This document shows, one piece after another, positions 42,541-55,069 of a stretch of 64,000 nucleotides of DNA (position 1 is the stretch's first letter; each line of letters opens with the position of its first letter). A program made the position numbers and the translations under genes. This DNA is from Octopus sinensis (Eukaryota): assembly GCF_006345805.1 (NCBI RefSeq), contig NC_043003.1:29512001-29576000 (forward strand), given 5' to 3'. The notes under the pieces are model-generated. The model searched no databases, was not told the origin of the DNA, and saw only the letters and a program-made list of their open reading frames with translations.

Positions 42541-42617
42541 AAACAAAGACATAACAAACTAGAATAGTCCTACTCTGAAAATGTGGTTATTTTATTTTTT
42601 TTTTAAATGGTTAACAG

Positions 42618-42861
42618 CACTATCTTTTGAATTTCTGCCATTTTGGGGTTTCCTGGTATCTGGGTTAGGTAGCAATCAGCTCCTTTTGCTATCATTCCCA
42701 GGGCACCTATGACAACAGGTATTGTCTTAGTCTTCAGGTTCCACATTTCTATTTCAAGATCTTTATATTTGCTCAGTTTTTGGTAGGTCTTGACAGATAC
42801 ATTTATATCGATTGGGACAGTCATGTCAATGAAGAAGCATGATTTTTGTCTGAAGTCTTTC
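42618..42861 (-). mobile_element. Dong/R4 family B 3' fragment
   Basis: Near-identical to 23755-24008 except for a 12-nt deletion ([26 protein letters not shown]). Confidence 0.9.
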
Positions 42862-43334
42862 TTCTTCTTCTTCTTCTTCTTATTATTATTATTAGGTATG
42901 GTAAATTGGTAGAATTGTAAGAGCAGTAGACAAAATGCTTAGTGGCATTTTTCCTGCTCTTTACTTTCTGGGTTCAAATGCTGCCAAGGATGATTTTGCT
43001 TTTCATTCTTTTGGAGTCATTAACTTAAAGTGCCAGTCAAGTACAGAGGTCAATGTAATCTATTAGCTTCTTTCTTTAAAATTTCTGGTTTTGAGAAAAA
43101 TTTGAAACAATTATTAATTTTATTTAGGACAGCAGATTGGCAAAACACTTTGAGAATTGGATAAAGCCTTGGGTGTCTGTTCTAGCTCCTTAGAGTTCAA
43201 TTCCTACTAGGCCAGCTTTGCTTTTTGTCCCTCCAGGTTTGGTGAAATAAAGTATCTGCCAAATCCTGGGGTGAATGGTGTCAAGTAACTCCCTTTCCCA
43301 CAAATTTCAGGCTTTGTATCTATGTTAGAAACAA

Positions 43335-43377
<43 letters not shown>

Positions 43378-43791
43378 GCCTTTGCACAGCTTCTAATGCT
43401 GGAGATGTACTACGGTGTCAGCTGTTCACTACTAGTGAACTAAAGTAATACATCTTATTTTTCAAGCATCTTCCGGAGTATTCGAGCGATTCCAAGCAGT
43501 GTTGTTTTCTGCAAGTGCTCCACCATTATTGCAGCCCCTATTTGTTCCATGTACTTCTCAAGATTTTTACTCACTGTTCCCAGGGCTCCGACAATTATTG
43601 GTACTACTACCACCTTTTTCATTGACCACAACTGCCTAACCTCCTATGCTAGCCTGTCATATCTATGGACTTTTCTTTCTTCCTTATCACATACCTTGTT
43701 GTCAGCTGGGCATGCTATATCTATGATCCAGCATAGTTTGTTTTCTTTCTCAATTAAGACTATATCTGGCTTTCTATTCTCTATCTCGTGG

Positions 43792-43843
<52 letters not shown>

Positions 43844-43857
43844 CATTATTATTATTA

Positions 43858-43891
<34 letters not shown>

Positions 43892-44305
43892 GCCTTTGCA
43901 CAGCTTCTAATGCTGGAGATGTACTACGGTGTCAGCTGTTCACTACTAGTGAACTAAAGTAATACATCTTATTTTTCAAGCATCTTCCGGAGTATTCGAG
44001 CGATTCCAAGCAGTGTTGTTTTCTGCAAGTGCTCCACCATTATTGCAGCCCCTATTTGTTCCATGTACTTCTCAAGATTTTTACTCACTGTTCCCAGGGC
44101 TCCGACAATTATTGGTACTACTACCACCTTTTTCATTGACCACAACTGCCTAACCTCCTATGCTAGCCTGTCATATCTATGGACTTTTCTTTCTTCCTTA
44201 TCACATACCTTGTTGTCAGCTGGGCATGCTATATCTATGATCCAGCATAGTTTGTTTTCTTTCTCAATTAAGACTATATCTGGCTTTCTATTCTCTATCT
44301 CGTGG

Positions 44306-44307
<2 letters not shown>
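43378..44307 (-). mobile_element. Two identical tandem 416-bp 3' fragments of a Dong/R4 LINE (family E)
   Basis: 43378-43793 and 43892-44307 are identical by eye and separated by (TTA)n. Minus frame: NRKPDIVLIEK..IDIACP..VPIIVGALG..LGIARILRKMLEK*. Confidence 0.9.
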
Positions 44308-44357
<50 letters not shown>

Positions 44358-45877
44358 CATTATTATTATTATTATTATTACTGAGTGAGAGAGCGGTTCA
44401 TGCCATCAAAGTGATACTGGGGTAAAATATATGAAGCCCAGTATACCCATATGACTGGTTAAGGTCAAACAACTGACAAGCAAATCTATGGTATTGAGCA
44501 AAATATTTGCTGTAGCTCATCTTTTATACCAAGACAAAGCAATGTACATGATAACACTTCCCATCAGTTAAGATAGGAAACCATGAGAGCTACTGCCTGG
44601 TACTGCATCAGGGCATTTATTATTATTATTGTTGTTGTTGTTGTTGTCGGCAGTGGTGTCAACATCATCATCATCTTCATCATCATCATCATCATCATCA
44701 TTACTGTCATTGCCAGTGTTGCTGTTGTTTCCTTATTTGGTTATTTTGTACACTCACTTGGTGAGTTATTATCCATGTCTTAAGTCAAGAGAAAGTAAAT
44801 GATTTAATAGGTTTTAACTTCATGAACTGCCTTCTTCATTGAACATTCAGCATTTCAATGCATCACAAAAACATGTTGTTAAAGAAAGAAGATGCTTTAT
44901 TATGTGAGATAAGAATTTAAGACAGTGTTCTGATACATATTTCATATAAAATATTAAAAAAGATTGGTGTATCTGTCAGACAAAAATATAAGTATGCCAG
45001 TAGGGGCTGGAGCGGCTGTGTGGTAAGAAGCTTGCTTCCCAACCATATGGTTCCAGGTTCATTTCCACTCTGTGGCACCTTGGGCAAGTGTATTCTACTA
45101 TAACCTCAGGCCAACCAAAGCCTTGTGAGTGGATTTCATAGACAGAAACTGAAAGAAATCCATCTTATATATATATATATATTTATGTGTATGTGTGGTT
45201 TTATGTCTGTGCTTGTCTCCACCATCATCGCCTGTCAACCAATGTCAGTGTAATTATATCCCTGTAACTTAGCAGTTTAACAAAAGAGCCCAATAGAATA
45301 AGTACTAGGCTTACAAAGAATAAGTCCTGGGGTTAATTACTTTGACTAAAATCCCTTTAAGGCGGTGCTCCAGCATGGCTGCAGTAAAAATGACTGAAAC
45401 AGTAAAAGAATAAAAGAATAAAAGTAGTGTAAAGTGTAAACACAAATGCAGAGGTGTAACATTCATCATCATCATCATTTAACGTCCGTTTTTTCATGCT
45501 AGCATGGGTTGGACGGTTCAACCAGGGTCTGGAACCCATGGAGGCTGCACCAGGCTCTAGTCTGATTTGGCAGTGTTTCTACAGCTAGATGCCGTTCCTA
45601 ATGCCAACCACTCCATGAGTGTAGTAGGTGTTTTTTACATGCCACCAGCACAGGGCCAGAGCAGGCTGAGCATAAAATGATATTGGCTATAAATTTGTAA
45701 CTATCTAAATTCAAACATGGCTATGGCTCAAGAAGCTTGTTTTGCAAGCATGTGGTTTTGTGTTCAAATTGACTGCATGGCATTTTGAGTAGGTGTCTTC
45801 TACTATATCCCTGGGTCTATCATTGCCTTGTGAGTAAATTTAATAGACAGAAACTGTGTGGAAGTTCATCATATATA

Positions 45878-46874
45878 TTGGGTCATCCCATAAATAATGC
45901 ATTTTTATACTTCTTTTATTTCTCAAAACTAAGATACACAAAGTTCTTTTTTAATCTAAAATATACTCTCCTTCATTTTCAACAATGTTCTTCCATCTAT
46001 CTGGTAGACTTGCAAAGCCCCTCTTCCAAAATTCACTTGTACATGATGAACATTACTCCTCTAGTACTGTTCTGACCTTGTCTACAGAATTCATATTTTT
46101 CCTGTCCAAATCATTTTGAAGACTGGAGAATAAATGATAATCTGATGAGACAATGTCTGGTGAATATGGTGGTTGGGGCATCGTTTCCCATTTAAACTGT
46201 TCCAGCCTTTGGAATGTCATTCTTGCTGTATGTGGCTGAGCATTATCTTGATAGAACACCTTTCATCTTGAAACTAAAGATGGTTGTTTTTCTTCAAGTG
46301 CTGACTTCAGCTGCTCAAGCTACTTGCAGTAGATCTCTTTTGTTACCATTTGGTTTGAGTTTAAAAGTTTAAAGTGGACTAAACCTTTCATATCCCACCA
46401 AACAGATAACAACACTTTATGTGGGTGAAGACCTTCTTTAGCCTGGGGTGCTGCTGAATGGTTGAATGACCAACAGTTCCTCTACGGTTACGATCTACAG
46501 ATCTTCTTGAGGCTCATCATCTGGGCTGTAGTTTCTGGCTTGGAATTTCTGGAACTACCATTGATACTGGCTTACACTTATTGTCTGATCCCCACATACT
46601 GCATCATTATTCCTCACACTTTCTGTTGTGTTGTTGCCTTTATTGAGTTCATAAAGCAAAATATGCTGAATATGCTCCTTTGTCACTTCTATTATAGCTT
46701 TGAAAAAATAACTGTTAAAATCGAACTGCACTCTTCAAAACTTGCACTAAGAATAAGGACACGGTAAAATTACTACCTGTTTTTACTGCAAGTTGATGCA
46801 AGTAGTTTATCCTATCCCCCTCCAACTTTATTTCATGCAATTGGAAAAACTACATTATTTATGGGATGATGCAA
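45878..46874 (-). mobile_element. Internally deleted mariner element
   Basis: TIRs TTGGGTCATCCCATAAATAATG / CATTATTTATGGGATGATGCAA with TA flanks; minus frame QDNAQPH..PPYSPDIVSSDYHLF. Confidence 0.85.
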
Positions 46875-46881
46875 TATATAC

Positions 46882-46968
<87 letters not shown>

Positions 46969-47004
46969 CACACATACACACACATATATATATTATAGGA
47001 TGAC

Positions 47005-47054
<50 letters not shown>

Positions 47055-47399
47055 GTGTGTGTGTGTGTGTGTGTGGAGGCGCAATGGCCCAGTGGTTAGG
47101 GCAGCAGACTCGCGGTCGTAGGATCGCAGTTTCGATTCCCAGACCGGGCGTTCTGAGTGTTTGTTGAGTGAAAACAACTAAAGCTCAACGAGGCTCCGGC
47201 AGGGGGTGTTGGTGATCCCTGCTGTATTCTTTCACCACAACTTTCTCTCACTCTTTCGTTTGTTGGCCTGCTCGCTTAGCCAGTGGGGTGGTGTCGTGAC
47301 CAGTGATATGTAGCAACATCTGATAGCCTGGTCAGTCACGGTGATTATGGTGATATATATATATGTATATGTATATATGGGATGATCCAATATATAGTC

Positions 47400-48165
47400 A
47401 ATCAAGATATCTTTGGCCTGAAGATACTCTGGCGTAAGTTTATTCAAGTTAGAATGTTTTGGTGTTATTATGATACTGTTCTGATAGAGACAACCATAAG
47501 AGAGAGGGTATCTCAAAAGAATGCATCAGCAGAATGTGGAAAGGTGATTTGTGTTCAACATATACATACAGATGCAATACTTGGACATATTTTTAGTGTT
47601 GTATTCTGGAGTCACTTACAACATACACTCTCGTTCAGGTGACCTGACCTAGATTGATTAAACCTAGGCATGTATCCAAGCAAGCAGCATTCTACTGGCT
47701 CCATTGATCACCTTTTTGGCCTGAGTTATCTAGGTACTTTCTCAGCAGCTTTTATGCTGTTCTTGACAGCTCTGCTTTTGCTCATTCCTGTAATGCCCAA
47801 GGTCTCATAGCCCTTTCTCAGAGCATGAATTGCAGACCCCTGATGCCAACTTCCACCAGCAAACACCTTGTCCTCTACCCATTATTGCAGCAGTTCTCCA
47901 CCAACTTTGATGGATTTCACATTGAAAGTGTTGTGAATAACATTTGTTGTGTATGTAAAACAGCTTGACCTTAAAAGGAACTAAAATGTCATCGAACAAT
48001 TGATAGTGGCTAAGACCAGAGATTTGATAAATGAGAAGTTGAACGAGATGGAAAAGAAAGGTAGTGACAAGGAGGCAGATGATGAAGTATTAGATACCCT
48101 TGGTGGATTTACAACCAGACAGCTAAAGAAGGGTTTCTCTGTACTTGCTAATGGCAATGCAAATA
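47400..48165 (+). mobile_element. Degenerate pogo/Tigger-like transposase remnant
   Basis: Broken frames resemble VLDNAPAHP, FLPANT and the acidic Tigger C-terminus (ELNEMEKKGSDKEADDEV..FTTRQLKKGF). Confidence 0.35.
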
Positions 48166-48264
48166 TTTAAACCTTTAACTCCAAAATTAAATGTCATGGC
48201 TATTCCAATAATCATCATCAACATCATCATCAACATCATATCATCATCGTCATCGTCGTCGTTG

Positions 48265-48313
<49 letters not shown>

Positions 48314-49729
48314 TTAATGTCCATGCTCCATGCTGGTATGAGTTGGGCAGTTTGACAGGATATAAAATGTCCAAGGACTGCATCATGTTCAAATGTCTGT
48401 TTTGGTATGGCTCCTACTGCTGGTTGCCCTTCCTAATGCCAACCACTTTATAGTGTGGACTGGGTGATTTTTTTTTCTTTTGTGCCACCTGCACTACTGT
48501 GGTCGTTATACAGTTTGCAGAACTACAAACATTGGGATGGCGTAGTCAGTTTCATGTCAATGGATGAGGGTGTTGAGCTGTGAGAAGTGGGAGGCAGTGC
48601 AGGTTCTTTTTGAGAATCTGCATGGCTACTCATCTAGTAGGGGAAAGGAAGAGAAAGAGAAAATGAACAATAGAAGCAAGAGATAGATAATGGTGATGAG
48701 ATTCCTGGATGACAACATAAGGCACGAGGTGGATGTTAAATATCAACCAAAAAATAGAATAGGTATTCTAGTGTCAATTTTGTAGAGTGTCACACATGAC
48801 AGAACCTGCATGACATTCTACAATCTCACCACCTTTAAAGTGTCTGAGGCTGAGTCTGAAATACACTCCCCATATAGCTGTTCTTATATTCAATTGAGGA
48901 TAATTGAAGAAAAAGACATGTCATGGCACCTGAATATTTACTTGCTATGTTAAAACCACCCCAAGCATTAAATTTCAAGCAGACATATCCTTTCTATCCC
49001 ATATAATGCTATTTCTTCATACTGTTTCCAGTAATTGTATTGCTGGAACACATTTCTTACAAATGTAACAAAATAAATTATGTTCAAACATGAAAAATAA
49101 ACCTTTGTTACAAGGATAACAAAATTTTGTGTGGACATATCTGATTTACATAGTAAAATGATGAAGGATATAGATGCTATAATCCAACGATTTCCATGGG
49201 TTGAAAGACAAATTAAAGTAGACTTGTCTTACTATAAATGAAAAGTAAAAGCATTCAGTTCAGTCTCTACCAGACATTTTTTGTATTTTCTCTAACTTGC
49301 TCATAATCATCTTCAGTTTTCAATACCTGTTGATGTGTACAAAACAGTAAAAAACATTCATGGCAACCAACTCCAACTGATAAGGGGAGACACTATCAAG
49401 AATACTATGAAATATGCTGGTAATGTTGAAGCAAAAATAAGTGATCACAGCAGACCTCTTGTCTCTAGACAACCAGAATGTATTTTCTTTAATGGCATGT
49501 CAGTTTCAGAGAATTCTTGATTCATGAGATTATCTCTCCTTCTCATTAGGCGTTGGTTGCAATTGTCACAAGGTATTTGTTTATTCTTCTCTCAAAGAAA
49601 AGATAGTTTCAATAAATCAAGATTTCATCTTCTGTGGTATTTAACATACTTTTATTCATCTACATTCTTAAGTCATTTACATTCACATTTTCTTCATGTT
49701 TGTATACATATGTATGTGTATGTGTGTGT

Positions 49730-49770
<41 letters not shown>

Positions 49771-50392
49771 TATATATATTCACATTCACACACACACGCA
49801 CACACACAAACGCACACACACAAATGCACATGTTGATGGTTAGCTCATGCTATCACATGAAAGCTGTTTCACATTCAGCCTGATTGTTCTGATTTACTTT
49901 CATCCTTGGATATGTCTTTCAGATGGTGGTCTCCATACATTGTCCACAACTTTCGCCATGCATCCATAACTACAAAATTTTATAAAATACATAATAGAAC
50001 AAGAAATTAAATGATGTTGAGACACCTCTTGCACACATTTTTGTCATTCTCCCAGACACGGTAGTAGTTTTCAGTGACAAGCATTGCAAGATAACTGGTT
50101 CTATTTTGACTGCAAGTTTTATATATTAGAAAAGATGCCTCCCCAATGACTTTGTCGAAAATAAAACAAATAACATACACACACACACAAATATCTATCT
50201 ATCTGTCTATGTATGTATGTATGTATGTATGTATGTATGTATGCATGTATGTATGTATGTATGCATGCATCTATCTATCTATCTATCTATTTATCTATAT
50301 ATATACACACACATATATGCATACATACATGCATACATACATATATATATATATTCATACATATATACATATGTATATATATATATATATAT

Positions 50393-50455
<63 letters not shown>

Positions 50456-50632
50456 CGCAGGAGTGGCTGTGTGGTAAGTAGCTTGCTAACCAACCATATG
50501 GTTGCGGGTTCAGTCCCACTGCATGGCATCTTGGGCAAGTGTCTTCTGCTATAGCCCCGGCCCGACCAATGCCTTGTGAGTGGATTTGGTAGACGGAAAC
50601 TGAAAGAAGCCTGTCGTATATATGTGTATATA

Positions 50633-52581
50633 TCTCTTATTACAAAAGGCAGATTTTATCTGCCTCCTTTTGTCTCTTATAGAAATCTACAATATAGGAT
50701 TTCTTCAATTACAATTTACCTAGCATTTTTAAGAGTAGAATACATCGGGTCGTGCCAGGTCCAGTTTTTCAAATTTCAACCCCAATTAAGCAAAATTTCG
50801 AGAAAACTCACATTGTGGTGTGTAAGTGAAGTGCTTTTCTTAGTGTGGGCTACAGCACACACACACGCACACACACACAAACGGAGCGAACTGCTTCACT
50901 GATGCTATCACCCTAATTTCTCCTCCTTTCTCTTTGCAAGTGTGCAACGATTAAAATGAAAGTATTTATATAAAACGAGAGAAGTATACCTTAAACCACT
51001 ACTCAAAAAAAAAACAACACAGCAAACAGAAACAAATAAATACATAACGATTTACTAAAAACACAATTTCTTCAATTAGAGTTTACCTATGATTTTTCAA
51101 AGTACTTCCATTCGGTCATGGCATACAAAATTTCTTTCAATTTCACCCCCATTTCAGAAAAAATTCGAGAAAACTAAATATTTTACCATTTCACTCTGCA
51201 TATTACTCCCACTTCCTCTTTACACACATAGACACGCAAATATATAAATAAAATTGTAAGCTAACGTGTGTGTGTGTGATGTGTGTGCGTGTGTGAGTGT
51301 GTGTGTGTGTGCGTGTGTGTGTGTGTGAGAGTGCGTGTGTGTGTGTGTGTGTGTGTGTGCGTGTGTGTGAGTATGTGACAGGGATGAGCAAGTCAAACTG
51401 GTCATCCTTTTTGCTAGATCACCTAACATCTAAAGTTATCTCTAAGTAGCAGTCGCCCAAAAGTGTATATAGACACACACATGTATGTATAATGTGTGTG
51501 TATATATTTCCACAGAGGTAACCATTCACTCCATACAAAGTTATTTAGGACGAATTGGACGAATATAAGATCTAAAGTATATCCAAGTAGCAGAAAGATC
51601 GCCCAAAAGTGTATATAGATATTTAAATGTATTTATATATTCATCTATACACACATGTATGTATAATGTGTGTGTATATATTTCCATAGAGGTAACCATT
51701 CACTCCACACAAAGTTTTTTAGGACGGACGAAAATCTTTATATATAAAAGAAAGGTTGTGTGTCTGTCTACTCCGATTTAGATTCCTAACTACTCCCACA
51801 TTTTGCGATGCAGTTTAACCAAAACCGAGTATCTTATAGTCGTGATTCATATCGAGCCCTTCTGGGTATTAGCGCGCGTCTATGATGAGTCTACGATTTT
51901 ACAAATAATTTACCATCATTTTCTCCCATTTTAATGCATATTTTTTTAAATAAAGGGAAGTAACTCTCAAACTTCACACCAATATGCGTGCTCATATGCG
52001 ACGTAATATCACATCAGCAGCATTTCCTCACACCCTCCTTGCACTTGGCGAAGGCAAAATACCAGGGGATGAAAATGGTAATATTGCCATCGATTCCATT
52101 TGAACCATTGTTAAGACGCCTTCTGATCTCAGAGATGCAGTGTTCCAAGATCTACAAGCTAATTATCAGAATATGGATTGGATTGGCCAAAAGGCTATAC
52201 TGGCCCCGAGGAATAAAACTGTTCACCATATTAATGATGAAATGCTAAAACTCATTCCTGGGGAAGTCTATGTATATCAGTCTATCAATACAACTCCTGA
52301 CCCACAGGACGTCATCAACTATCCAATAGAGGTACTCAATTCCTTTGAGCACCCCGGACTAACACCACACATTCTCAAACTTAAAGTTGGTGCTCCTATA
52401 ATGCTTATCAGAAATTTGGTTCCCCCAAAACAATGCAATGGCACACGTTTGATCGTTAAGTCCTTATCTCCCAGCGTAAACTTATATCAACATTTGCCTG
52501 AATAATCATCATAATTCAGTGCAATCATTAACAGTACTTTCAAGCAATTCAGCCCCGAGCAATGCCGGGCAATTCTGCTAG
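50633..52581 (+). mobile_element. Composite Helitron insertion inside a family-1 SINE
   Basis: A|TC start at 50633 and a second A|TC start at 51735. The 3' end has hairpin CCCGAGCAATGCCGGG, then CTAG|T at 52578-52582. The SINE head is at 50454-50632 and its tail resumes at 52582-52815. Confidence 0.7.
52140..52490 (+). pseudogene. Helitron Pif1-like helicase fragment
   Basis: AILAPRN..INDEML..YPIEVLNS..LKLKVGAPIMLIRNL..CNGTRLIV. Confidence 0.9.
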
Positions 52582-52813
52582 TATATATATATGCGTGTGT
52601 GTGTGTCTGTGTTTGTCCCCCTAGAATTGCTTGACAACCGATGCTGGTGTGTTTACGTCCCCGTCACTTAGCGGTTTGGCAAAAGAGACCGATAGAATAA
52701 GTACTGGGCTTACAAAGAATAAGTCCCGGGGTCGATTTGATCGACTAAAGGCAGTGCTCCAGCATGGCCGCAGTCAAATGACTGAAACAAGTAAAAGAGT
52801 AAAAGAGTAAAGA

Positions 52814-52873
<60 letters not shown>

Positions 52874-52874
52874 G

Positions 52875-54134
52875 CGGGGGTTGGACAAAATAATGGAAAC
52901 ACCATAAAATTTCAAGCAAATTTATTTTAATATGTGTAGGATCTCCTTTCACAGTAATTACAGCTTGAATTCTACGAGATATGGACTCATACAAAGTTTG
53001 AATTGTTTCCAAAGGGTTGTTTGTTCATTCTTCAGCTAAAACAGTCTTCTGTTCTTGTAATGATGATGGTGGAGGATATCAACTCCTTACTTGTTTTTCT
53101 AAAATGCACCATAAATGTTCAATAACATTCAGATCTGGGGTCTGTGGTGGCCAGATAAGATGTTCAACTTCACTAGAATGTTCCTTGTGCTATTCAGTAA
53201 CAACTTTAGCTGTGTGAATTGACCCATTATCATCTTGAAAGATTGTGTTTCCCTCCAGAAACAGTTCCACAACCATAGGATGAATTTGATCAGATAAAAT
53301 GCTTAAATAGTCTGCCATGAAGGGAAACCATTGGGCTGGTGGATTTCCAAGATATAGCCCCCCCCCCCCCCGATCATCCCAGATCCTCCTCTATGTTTAA
53401 TTGTTGGAAGAAGGCAGTCTAGGTCAAATGCTTCTTTTGGCTGTCTCCACATGTATACTTGGCCGGTGGTTGGAAATAAGGTAAAAGATGACTCATATGA
53501 GAAAATAACATTCTTCCGCTGTTCTAGGGACCAATTCTGTAGGTTTTTACCCCACTTTAAACACTTTGCAATGTTTGTTTTTGAAAGTAATGGTTTTCTG
53601 CTTGCAGCCCTCCTGTGAAATCTGGCTTTGTGCAGCTCCCGGCGAACAGTTTTTGTGGAAACTGGGTTCTCAAGGTGGTTATTAAGCTCTGCAGTAATTT
53701 TGGGAGCTGTACTTTTGTGATCCTTTCTAACAATCTGCATAAGAGTCCAACAGTACCTATCTGAAAGTTTTGGTTTTCTTCCAGAATTTTGTTTGGACGA
53801 GGTTTTCCCTCTTCCTCAAAGGTTGTCATTACTTTCAAGACAGTACTTCTTAATACACCAAACATTTCATCTGTTTTCATCAGGCTAGCACCTGCCATAC
53901 GAGCTCCAACAATTTGATCTCTTTGAAAGTCTGATAGATTTTTCATTTTAATGAATTTTAGTTACCTTTTTCTGATGATATCTGAAAAGAAACAGCAATT
54001 TTAGCAAAACATATTAAGCAATACTAATAATAAATAAATAAAAACATAAAAATAAACAAGCTTTTGACGGTTTTATAGATATTTCAAAATTATGATGCTG
54101 TGGTGCTGAGTATTTCAATTATTTTGTGCAACCC

Positions 54135-54137
<3 letters not shown>
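52875..54137 (-). mobile_element. Tc1-like transposon with a decayed transposase
   Basis: ~28-bp TIRs GGGGTTGGACAAAATAATGGAAA / TTTCAATTATTTTGTGCAACCCCTG. Minus frames: LSDFQRDQIVGAR, VSTKTVRRELH, KPLLS and NVIFSYESSF. Confidence 0.9.
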
Positions 54138-54214
<77 letters not shown>

Positions 54215-54217
<3 letters not shown>

Positions 54218-55069
54218 GGTCTGATCAATAAGTATCCAGACTGTTGCCATAGTAACAAAGCTAACGCACACAGAGTGAAGCTGCTTGGCACTGATTGACT
54301 TTAAATTCTGCTGTGCATGTGCACTAAATCTCACGCTGTTTACAGCAATGTTTGGAAGGAATGTGTGTAGCGTGTGATCATCACATTGACCATGACAGAG
54401 AAAGTGGAGCAGAAAATCTGCATCAAATTTTGCCAAAAGCTTGGCAATACCTGCTCAGAGACCTATACAAAGTTTTCAAAAAGTTTTCATCATTTTCAAC
54501 ATAATCAAGGAGATCTTGTACAACTGAAACCTGAGTGTCTATTTGGTCAGCTGAAAACAGTTTTGGCACAAACTTTGCAGACACGCATCTCATACTCAAA
54601 TCTTCAGTGATAATCGATTGAACTGGACTGTAACTATTCTGCACATCCTCTGATAACTCACAGATAGTGATTCAATGATTTCCCCTCACAGCTGCATTCA
54701 CATCTTTGTTGTGGGTCTCCCAGAACGTTTGTTAATACCGACATTTTTTCAGCTATCTCGAAAACGTCTGAACACTTATACAGTTGTGTGTGGTTTATAC
54801 ACTCATCTCCATACACTTTCTACAACTTTCCACAGGCCTCTGAGCAGGTATTGCCATGACATCTTTCTCTGTCATGGTCAATGCGATGATCACATGCTAC
54901 ACACGTTCCTTCCAAGCACTACTATAAACAGCAGAAGTGAGCTTGAACATTGAAACTTAGTGCACAAGCACAGCAGAGTTCAAGGTCAATCTTCACCAAG
55001 TAGCTTCACTGTGTGAGCTTTAGTTTCGTTACGATGGCAACAGTCCAGATACTTATTGATCATACCTCA
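54215..55069. mobile_element. Mariner derivative made of two 5' ends in inverted orientation
   Basis: Both ends carry the TIR, leader and MTEK start. The left arm stops at CSETYTK. The right arm (minus) runs to MRCVSAKFVPKLF..VENDENFLKT. Confidence 0.8.

Noticed and set aside
46998-47394. Extra copies of the mariner TIR tip (GGATGACCCAATA) at ~46998 and ~47379
   Set aside because: Too short, and embedded in TA-rich sequence, to define additional elements.
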